From: Planctomycetota bacterium
Lineage (GTDB): Bacteria; Planctomycetota; Planctomycetia; Pirellulales; Pirellulaceae
Assembly: GCA_039179795.1 (NCBI GenBank)
Contig: JBCDEM010000001.1
Span: 567,045 to 631,044 of the forward strand
Direction of reading: 5' to 3'
Length of the DNA: 64,000 bases
The notes beneath the pieces were generated by a model that was not told the DNA's origin, did no database searches, and saw only the letters and a list, made by a program, of their open reading frames with translations. The position numbers and the translations under genes were made by a program. How positions within the stretch are numbered: position 1 is the stretch's first letter; every line of letters starts with the position of its first letter. Positions 56,621 through 64,000 of the stretch are shown here, one piece after another.

Positions 56621-57361
56621 ATGGCGATCAAGGTCAATTGCGTTCAATGTGGAGAGAATCTCCGAGTGAACGATCGGCTCGCGGGCCGACGTGTCCGTTG
56701 TCCTCACTGTGAGACGGCCGTTCACGTTCCAGAGTTAGATATTGCGGCTGCAGACGTGGTCGTCGCCGTGGAGCCAGTTGAGGTTGCCGCCGTCGCGGGA
56801 ACGCCCGTGCTGGAAACGGCACCGCCGCAGCCATTAGCAGAAACAACGCCTTCGCTACCGTCCGTCGGCGATGAGGCCGACGTGCCACCGAGCGATGATG
56901 ATGACGACGAAGCACTTGACGAGGTGTTGCCAAAATCGAATCGGCCAGAAGAAGAGATGGATATGACGCCGATGGTCGACGTCACTTTCCTGCTCTTGAT
57001 TTTCTTCATGGTGACCGCAGCATTTAGCCTGCAAAAATCCATTGAGATGCCACGCCAACAAACCGATCTGCCCAGTACATCGGTGGTCGAAGACGAACAG
57101 GACGAACTCGACGTCGTCGAACTTCAAGTGGATGAATACGGTGGCTTCCTCGTCATGGCTCCCGATTGGGAACGAGAAACACCGGGAAAGCAAAACCTGA
57201 TCTCGGCATTGAAAGAAGCCATGGCTGTCGCAACTGCAGGGATGAAACTGAAAATCCAAGTGCATGAGCTGGCACGGCTTGAAGCGCTCGTCGATGCCAT
57301 GGATGCCGGCACCATCGCTGGTTTCGCGGAATTAGAAGTGACACAAGTCGAAGAATTCTGA
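56621..57361 (+). CDS. ExbD/TolR family protein (2) with N-terminal zinc ribbon
   Basis: CVQC-x17-CPHC, acidic linker, MDMTPMVDVTFLLLIFF, ..LVDAMDAG. Confidence 0.93.
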   Translation: MAIKVNCVQCGENLRVNDRLAGRRVRCPHCETAVHVPELDIAAADVVVAVEPVEVAAVAGTPVLETAPPQPLAETTPSLPSVGDEADVPPSDDDDDEALDEVLPKSNRPEEEMDMTPMVDVTFLLLIFFMVTAAFSLQKSIEMPRQQTDLPSTSVVEDEQDELDVVELQVDEYGGFLVMAPDWERETPGKQNLISALKEAMAVATAGMKLKIQVHELARLEALVDAMDAGTIAGFAELEVTQVEEF

Positions 57362-57430
57362 GCGAGCGTGAAGCGACGCCGCACCTGATCTGAAACAACG
57401 ACACTTTTCGATAGAAAGTATCAACCCAAC

Positions 57431-60400
57431 ATGCTTGCAAACGAATTGATCAACCGCTTAGAGCGACTCGGGTTGCTCGACCAGGAGATCATTGAAGCGC
57501 TTCGTGAACAGCTGGATCAGGGCGGCGCGCGGGTGACACCCGAAGCCGTTGCCAAGCTGTTGGTGGACAACGGACAACTGACTCACTTTCAAGCAACGAA
57601 GTTGATCGGTGAGCTTCGCAGTGGTGAGTACGACGAGGGCGATGCGGCAGCGGAAGTCGACGACCTGACCGCTGGCATGGATGATCTGGATTTGGTTCCA
57701 GAAGATGCGGAAGTCGTTGAGGTTGTTGAAGCCGTAGAAGAAGTTGCGGCCGTGGAAGTTGTCGCCGAAGAGGTCGTCGCTGTCGAAGCTGTCGAAGCTG
57801 TCGAAGCGGTAGAGGCCGTTGAAGCTGTCGAAGTGGAAGCGGTGGGTTCGTCGGATCCACCGCCCTCTCGTCCCGTTAACCGCATTAAGAAACCAGATCC
57901 TGAAAAGTCGGTTTGGGACTCATTCAAGATCTACGGCTACGTTGCCATCATCCTGTTGCTGATTATTGCAGGTGCCGGAATCACATTCGTGCTGACGCGT
58001 GAAGACGAAGATACCTTCAACAAACGTGCTGACGAGTTCTACACGCAGCAAAACTATCAGGGAGCGCAAGACGCTTACATCGATTACCTGGATCGCTTCG
58101 GAGACGAGGCAGAGTATGCATCCATCGCCAGGACACGCATCACCATGACAGAGCTCTACAAAGCAGCTCAGTTCAAACAGGAACCTTGGCAAGCGGTCGC
58201 ACTAGCGAAAGAGAAACTGCCGCTGATCGCCGACGAAGATGGAATGAATCAGGAGCGCGACAATCTCTCGGCGCTGCTGGTGGACATCGCCGATAACCTT
58301 GCGGAATCAGCAGGCCGCGCGAAGGAAACGGCGCGAAAGCAAGAATTGTTGGCAACGTTGGATGAGCACCGCGAGTTCATGGATAACCCGCTGTACATGT
58401 CCGCAAAAGCAAAGGTCAATCTTGAGAACCGAATCAAGAAAGTTGAGGAAGCGCGGGCTCGCGTTCAACGCGACATCAACCGAAATATTCGTTTGGATCA
58501 AGCCGTTGCGTCCATGAGTTCCTCCTTGGGCCAAAAAGAAACGAAGAAGGCTTATGACACTCGCGATGAATTGTTGATGGAGTTTCCCGAGCTGCGGGAT
58601 AACGAGCGTCTCGTTGAGTTGATTATCAATGCGAGTGATATCCAACAGACTTTGGTAAAGCCATCGTCCAACCTGCCTAAGACGGAATTGCAGGAAGAGA
58701 CTAGCGATGCCTTGCGAACGATCGTACTGACGTCTCAGCAGGGAGATCCTGTGCCCGATCTTCGCGGTGAGTCTGTCTACGTACGAGCTGGCGGTTCGGT
58801 GATCGCCTTTGATGGCGAAACGGGCAGCTTGAAATGGCGAAGGTATGTTGGCAATTCGCGCGATCTGCCGCCTGTCCGTCTGGAACAGGGTGTTTTGCTA
58901 AGCGATTCGTCTGCCTTGGAAGTGCTTCGCTGTGCTGCTGGCGACGGAACCGTTGCATGGCGTTCGCAGATTGGAGAACGCTTTGCCGAGCCAATCGCGG
59001 CCGGAAGTGAGGTTTACATCGCAGGTGAGTCCGGGCGACTTATCTCCATTGACGGTGAATCGGGTGATGCCAAGTGGGCGACACAGATCCCGCAAGTCTT
59101 AGAGGTGGGACCGGGGATTGATGATCGAGCAAATCGGGCGTACCAGCTCGGTGATCACAGCAACCTGTATGTATTCAACACTCGCGACGGATCGTGCTTA
59201 GAGAGTTTTTACATCGGCCATAAGGAAGGGACGATTGCTGTTCCTCCCGTGCCGCTGTTGGGTCATCTGTTTGTGATGGAAAACGTCGCAAGTGACTTTT
59301 CCTACGTTCACATTTTGAAAGTCGATGAAACCGGCGGTGAGCTAGAGGTCGCGCAGCCACCGGTGAGATTGACTGGAAACGTTCAAGTCACACCGATCAT
59401 TCAGGGTCGACGATTAATCGTCTTGACCGATCGTGGTGAGGTGAAGGTCTTGGACATTGAGCCGACTGCCGAACGCGAAAAAGTCACGATCGCTGCGGAT
59501 CTGCCCGCGTTCTACGATCAACCAACGGCGACACAAATGGCAGTCGGTCGTGCCCAGATGTGGATCACCGGAACACGGCTCGGACGATACGAATTGCAAA
59601 TTAGCCGTAAACGCGTGATTCGTGACTGGAGTCTTCACGAGTTGGATACGTTCATCGGTCAGCCATACGCGACCGATGAAGCGTTGATTCACGCACGCGT
59701 GCTGCGAGACACGTCTGCTATTCGTGTTACTGCGGCGAACCCGAAAACGGGTGAAGAGATTTGGCGAACCGATGTTGGCGTACCGGTATCCGCTATGTCT
59801 CCTGCTCCCGAGGGTGGTGGATTGCACGTCGTCACCAGCCAAGCTGCATTATTTGAATTGGATTCCGAAGCTCTAAAAAGCGGATCGACGAAAGGGCCGT
59901 TTGAAAACCCCGGCGATCAATCAGTCGCGATTCGATTCGTTGATCCCATTTCGATCGATGAGCAAAAGTACGTCTTGATCAATGCGGTCGACGGTCGAAC
60001 AACGATGGTCTATGAGCCGCAGCGGGCTTCGCAGAAGTTGCGAAAGGTTACTTTGCAGTTGCCGACCGGTCGACCGAGTGGCGGAGGATTGTTCGCAGGA
60101 GGAGGCCTGTTGCTGCCACTCGATACGGGACGTGTCGTGTTGATGCAGTACCGAAACGGGTCGATGTTGGGTGCACCCTTTCAACCGGCAAGCAATCCCG
60201 TCGGAACCGTCCGGTGGACACGCCCGCTCGCCCTGCCCAATGACCCGGACCAGGTTGTGCTGGCGGATAGCCGAAAACGAATCTATCGACTGCGGGTTGC
60301 AGAGCAGATTCGCGAGCTGGCTTCCAAGGAAATCGAATACGAACTGTTAGGGCCCGCTGCATCGATTGACTCGGTCATGGTCGCGACCGCGAAAGGACCA

Positions 60401-60802
60401 TCTTCCGATTTTGTGATCGGGTACGACATGACCACGCTGGAAAAGCGTTTTCAAAACCTGCTCGAAGGACGTGTGATTTGGGGACCCGTCGAGGCGGGTG
60501 AAGTCTGCGTCATCCAAACGGACGATTCGATGCTGCGTGGAATCGCAGCGGATGGCACCGAGAAGTTTCAGGTCCAATTGCCTGGCGGACAGCCGGTCGG
60601 CAAGCCTGTTATTCAAGATGGCAATTTGATTGTTGCGGGCTCCAGTGGATGGCTTGTCACGATTGATCCCGCTTCGGGACAGATCATTGGTTCCAGCGAC
60701 TTAGGGCAACCGATTTCCGCGACCCCCATGTTGATGGGCGGACGTTTGTTGGTGCCTGGTAGCGAAGGCGTTGTTTACATTGCCGATATTCCGGGGAATT
60801 GA
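57431..60802 (+). CDS. Large single-pass membrane protein with helical/TPR-like region and PQQ/BamB-like beta-propeller repeats
   Basis: TM YGYVAIILLLIIAGAGITFVL; repeats AFDGETGSLKW, AAGDGTVAW, SIDGESGDAKW, NPKTGEEIW, IDPASGQII. Confidence 0.88.
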   Translation: MLANELINRLERLGLLDQEIIEALREQLDQGGARVTPEAVAKLLVDNGQLTHFQATKLIGELRSGEYDEGDAAAEVDDLTAGMDDLDLVPEDAEVVEVVEAVEEVAAVEVVAEEVVAVEAVEAVEAVEAVEAVEVEAVGSSDPPPSRPVNRIKKPDPEKSVWDSFKIYGYVAIILLLIIAGAGITFVLTREDEDTFNKRADEFYTQQNYQGAQDAYIDYLDRFGDEAEYASIARTRITMTELYKAAQFKQEPWQAVALAKEKLPLIADEDGMNQERDNLSALLVDIADNLAESAGRAKETARKQELLATLDEHREFMDNPLYMSAKAKVNLENRIKKVEEARARVQRDINRNIRLDQAVASMSSSLGQKETKKAYDTRDELLMEFPELRDNERLVELIINASDIQQTLVKPSSNLPKTELQEETSDALRTIVLTSQQGDPVPDLRGESVYVRAGGSVIAFDGETGSLKWRRYVGNSRDLPPVRLEQGVLLSDSSALEVLRCAAGDGTVAWRSQIGERFAEPIAAGSEVYIAGESGRLISIDGESGDAKWATQIPQVLEVGPGIDDRANRAYQLGDHSNLYVFNTRDGSCLESFYIGHKEGTIAVPPVPLLGHLFVMENVASDFSYVHILKVDETGGELEVAQPPVRLTGNVQVTPIIQGRRLIVLTDRGEVKVLDIEPTAEREKVTIAADLPAFYDQPTATQMAVGRAQMWITGTRLGRYELQISRKRVIRDWSLHELDTFIGQPYATDEALIHARVLRDTSAIRVTAANPKTGEEIWRTDVGVPVSAMSPAPEGGGLHVVTSQAALFELDSEALKSGSTKGPFENPGDQSVAIRFVDPISIDEQKYVLINAVDGRTTMVYEPQRASQKLRKVTLQLPTGRPSGGGLFAGGGLLLPLDTGRVVLMQYRNGSMLGAPFQPASNPVGTVRWTRPLALPNDPDQVVLADSRKRIYRLRVAEQIRELASKEIEYELLGPAASIDSVMVATAKGPSSDFVIGYDMTTLEKRFQNLLEGRVIWGPVEAGEVCVIQTDDSMLRGIAADGTEKFQVQLPGGQPVGKPVIQDGNLIVAGSSGWLVTIDPASGQIIGSSDLGQPISATPMLMGGRLLVPGSEGVVYIADIPGN
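57779..57832 (+). repeat. In-frame 9-bp tandem repeat encoding (AVE)6
   Basis: GCTGTCGAA x3, GCGGTAGAG, GCCGTTGAA, GCTGTCGAA. Confidence 0.9.
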
Positions 60803-60812
60803 TTTGAGACCT

Positions 60813-63170
60813 ATGGCCACTTTTCTTGACCACTTGGCTGCATTGCGTTCCGTCGTATTCGTCGGCTTGTTATCAGCTCTCGCTTGCTCACCTTGCGCGG
60901 CACAAGCTCGATTGAGTTATGCACAAACCGGAACACCTCCTGATCCCGGTTTGGAGCTCTTGCAAGAAGAAGCACACGACATTCTCTTCTTCACCGAGAA
61001 ATCGGGTGGAGGGTGGGCGAAAGTTCTTCTTCTTGATTTTCCCGGTCGAACTCCGCCGCCACCGGATCGACGCCCGGGTTCGCTCAAGATCCAAGTATTG
61101 GGGATCGAAGGGAAAGACTTCGCCGTTCGTTGGAGCGATATTCAGAAGATCTCGCTTTGGGAGATTCGTCTAGAGACGGAAACGAAGGAGCGATTGGCGA
61201 AAGGTGACTTTACCGGCGCGTATCCGTTTCTATCGGTGTTGATTCGCGATTATCCGAACCGGCCCGGCCTGCGTGATTTACGAACGGAGTTTCTTTGGAA
61301 GGATGCTGTGGCACGCGCCCAGCGAGGCGAATTGGCTCCCACGCTCGCCATGCTTGAAGAGCTAAGGCGTTACGCACCGGAATACGAACGGTCCAAAGTG
61401 ATTCGAGCGATCGAAGGTGTGACGGATCGGTTACTTGGTGGTCTCGTCAAAGACGGAGAGCTGGATCGTGCTCAGCAAATGCTCGTCCGTTTGGAGGACG
61501 ATTACGAAGCAGAGAAGTTAAGCTCGGTTTCGAAATGGAACACTGAATTCCTGAAGATGGCGACGGAAAAGCAACAGCAAGCCATCGCAGCGCGTGATCG
61601 AAAAGACTATCGAAACGCTCGGCAACTCGCACGCGAGAGTATCTATTTGAAGCCGGATATTCCCGGTGGCGCTGAGCTCGTTAAAGAGATCGACACCATT
61701 TATCCGTTGGTCAATGTCGGAGTCTTGCAATCTGCTTCGATCCTCAATCCGACATTGATTGATAACTGGGGGGCTCGCCGATCAGGACGTTTGATCTATC
61801 GCACGCTCTTTGAAATGCAAGGTGCGGGTCCCGAAGGTGGTGAATACGATTTTCTGTTCGGGGATTTGGAAACAAGCCCCGACCGAATGAACTTCGACAT
61901 GCTGCTGAAACCTGAGCGTCTTGAAGAACCTCTCGATCAAGTTCAGGGTCACTTTATCGCGGATGTTCTTGCCGCGCGTGCACAACCGAGTTCCCCCTAC
62001 TACTTCGCGCCTTGGGCTGCCGCTGTGCAGTCGATTGGATTGGATGGGCCTGATCAAATCACATTCAATCTTCGACGTCCCAATGTGCTACCCGTGGCGT
62101 TCTTGCAGATCATGGTGGACGGCAGTTGGTTTGGTGGTCAGGCTGGGTCTCCGACCGGAGCCTATCGGCGGGATGTCGTCGAAGACGATCTCGTTCGTTA
62201 CGTGCTAACTGATGCTCCCGAAACGCCAACGCAGCCGAGAGAGATCGTCGAGATTCGGACCAAATCTGGTTCCGATGCGGTCAGCATGCTGCTGCAAGGA
62301 CGTGTCGATGTGCTCGACCAGTTGTTTCCGGCAGATGCTGTTCGGCTAAGTCGCAGTAAAAAAATCAAAGTGGTGAATTATCCGCTCCCCACTGTTCACA
62401 TGCTTGTCCCTTGTTCGGATCATCCATTCCTCGCGGAACGAACGTTTCGTCGTGCGTTGGTGTACGGCACGAACCGGGAAGACATCTTGAAGGGTGAGCT
62501 GCTGGAGAATTTGGAGTCAGAAGGTTGTCGCGTTTTGTCCGGTCCGTTTCCTGCTGGGTTGGAATTGAATGATCCACTGGGTTACGCCTATGACACAAAC
62601 ATCGTTCCTCGTCGCTATGAGCCACCGCTTGCGAAGCTGCTGATTGCGATGAACGAAAAACAGATGAAATCGATGGCGGAGCGTCGCAAAGAAGAGATGC
62701 CCGAAATGCGACCGATTCGGCTGGCTTACCCGGCCGACAACCTTTCACGCGTTGCTTGCGAAGCGATTCGCAGCCAATGGCAGTTGCTGGATTTAAAAGT
62801 GGAGTTGGTGGAGTTTGAGGTCGGCAAAACGTTCCCCGATCCGGGTGAAGATATCGCCGATATCGCATACGTCTCCGCAGCCGTTTGGGAACCCGTCCTT
62901 GACGCACGACGTGTCTTGGGTCCAGAAGGATTAGCCGGCAGCGAAGATCAATTGGTTGGCCTTGGTTTGCGTCGCCTAGAGGAAGCTCGGAATTGGAGTG
63001 AAGTCCGTGATAGTCTGCTCGATCTTCATGCGATTGCTCATCATGAATTGCCGGTGATTCCACTTTGGCAAATGGTTGACTCGTACGCGTACCGTAGTGA
63101 TTTGATTGGTGTTGGAAGCGATATCGTTTCGCTGTATCAGAATGCAGGTAAATGGCGGTTGGATCAATGA
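60813..63170 (+). CDS. Family-5 ABC solute-binding-like protein with N-terminal TPR-like extension
   Basis: Signal peptide; helical repeats; then LIYRTLFE, ITFNLRRP, PTGAYR, VDVLDQL, FRRALVYGTNREDIL, IRSQWQLL, ELPVIPLW. Confidence 0.8.
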   Translation: MATFLDHLAALRSVVFVGLLSALACSPCAAQARLSYAQTGTPPDPGLELLQEEAHDILFFTEKSGGGWAKVLLLDFPGRTPPPPDRRPGSLKIQVLGIEGKDFAVRWSDIQKISLWEIRLETETKERLAKGDFTGAYPFLSVLIRDYPNRPGLRDLRTEFLWKDAVARAQRGELAPTLAMLEELRRYAPEYERSKVIRAIEGVTDRLLGGLVKDGELDRAQQMLVRLEDDYEAEKLSSVSKWNTEFLKMATEKQQQAIAARDRKDYRNARQLARESIYLKPDIPGGAELVKEIDTIYPLVNVGVLQSASILNPTLIDNWGARRSGRLIYRTLFEMQGAGPEGGEYDFLFGDLETSPDRMNFDMLLKPERLEEPLDQVQGHFIADVLAARAQPSSPYYFAPWAAAVQSIGLDGPDQITFNLRRPNVLPVAFLQIMVDGSWFGGQAGSPTGAYRRDVVEDDLVRYVLTDAPETPTQPREIVEIRTKSGSDAVSMLLQGRVDVLDQLFPADAVRLSRSKKIKVVNYPLPTVHMLVPCSDHPFLAERTFRRALVYGTNREDILKGELLENLESEGCRVLSGPFPAGLELNDPLGYAYDTNIVPRRYEPPLAKLLIAMNEKQMKSMAERRKEEMPEMRPIRLAYPADNLSRVACEAIRSQWQLLDLKVELVEFEVGKTFPDPGEDIADIAYVSAAVWEPVLDARRVLGPEGLAGSEDQLVGLGLRRLEEARNWSEVRDSLLDLHAIAHHELPVIPLWQMVDSYAYRSDLIGVGSDIVSLYQNAGKWRLDQ

Positions 63171-64000
63171 TTCGTAACTTCGCTTTCCTATCGCTCTGTT
63201 TGTGCTGGGGTCTGCACGCAACCGCGCAGGACAATGGTTCTGCAGAACCGGAGACGGCGAACTCGGTCTCCGAGGCAGCGCCGGAATCGAACGAAGCGGA
63301 GGCAGAGAGTGCGCCCACAGTTGCTATAGCGACTGGTACAGACGATGCTTCAGCGCTTCAGCTGGAGGAGTTCGAGGATCCGTGGGATTACTCTCCCTAT
63401 CGAGTTTTAGTTTGGATCGTGACCGATGACCCGCTCCTGAAGACGTCTGTCGTTGAGGAATCACTTCGTGAGTTTCTCGATCGAGATTTTTCTGCCGTTT
63501 GGAGAATGGACTTACAGGATGCGCCAGCGGCTGTCGCGTCGACGGTCATGCGAGACCTCGATACGATCAGTTTTGAATCACTGACTTCTTCGGATCCTGT
63601 GCTGGCGGTGAAGCGTGACCATCCCGATGCAGTGCGTATTCGGAATGCGAAGAACGTTGGGCAATATGTCAAGTCGATTTATGGCACTCAGCAACGCATC
63701 GATGAAGTGATGGCTCGAGCCGCCGCCGCCGACAACGAAACGTTTTCGGGTATTCAACCCGCACTGACGGCGACGGATGGCGATGCCTTAGCTGTTACCC
63801 AGATGTGGGCTGACCCTGCGACGGAAGCGGTGCTGGTTTCACGCGGACTAGCGGAGACGTTGACGGATCCAGAAGCCAAACAGATCGTCCCTGACATCAG
63901 CGATCTGGTTGGGCAGACCGTTGAACAGTACGACAAAGTATTCCTCGTCCACGTCGAAAGTGATCGAGTGCCATCTCGGATCAGCGCTGTCGAATTAGAT
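63167..64000 (+). CDS. Secreted hypothetical protein (3' end beyond the right edge of the window)
   Basis: Absent from the ORF track because no stop falls inside the window. ATGA overlap with the previous stop. Manual translation MIRNFAFLSLCLCWGLHATAQ (signal peptide), acidic linker, DPWDYSPYRVLVW..., open to 64000. Confidence 0.85.
   Translation, partial: MIRNFAFLSLCLCWGLHATAQDNGSAEPETANSVSEAAPESNEAEAESAPTVAIATGTDDASALQLEEFEDPWDYSPYRVLVWIVTDDPLLKTSVVEESLREFLDRDFSAVWRMDLQDAPAAVASTVMRDLDTISFESLTSSDPVLAVKRDHPDAVRIRNAKNVGQYVKSIYGTQQRIDEVMARAAAADNETFSGIQPALTATDGDALAVTQMWADPATEAVLVSRGLAETLTDPEAKQIVPDISDLVGQTVEQYDKVFLVHVESDRVPSRISAVELD

Noticed and set aside
62365-63318. 317-aa minus-strand ORF
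   Set aside because: Antisense to the SBP gene and the next gene; no recognisable features.
1-64000. CRISPR array, IS elements, prophage, rRNA, defence systems
   Set aside because: No spaced repeats, terminal inverted repeats with transposase, phage genes or rRNA-like sequence were seen.

Overview
Chromosomal 64-kb window that looks planctomycetal (Pirellulaceae-like). This is inferred from a planctomycete-type 'RKLLVETLETRKCLSA' export motif, a BlaI/M56-secretin pair, an ECF sigma with Ser/Thr kinases, and a sulfatase. Left part: a truncated YifB/ComM ATPase, small hydrolases and a compact classical menaquinone operon (menF-D-H-B-A-C-E). About 13-36 kb: secreted hydrolases (sulfatase, S10 and S8 peptidases, lactonase, NHL protein) interleaved with signalling genes (non-RD Ser/Thr kinase convergent with an ECF sigma, BlaI plus BlaR1-secretin fusion with a clear palindromic operator, a second kinase, PP2C). 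About 36-52 kb: mostly housekeeping genes (purQ, sucA, ABC-F, dusB, Ala/Gly symporter, tRNA-Phe). The best candidate for an undescribed system is the tightly packed operon at 52.6-64 kb, which continues past the window edge: a secreted QW-repeat/HEAT protein, a TonB/TolA-like single-pass protein, one TolQ/ExbB, two ExbD/TolR (one with an N-terminal zinc ribbon), a large membrane-anchored beta-propeller protein, a TPR-like/solute-binding fusion and a secreted protein. No CRISPR array, integrase, transposase or rRNA was seen. All annotations come from reading motifs by eye; no database searches were run.
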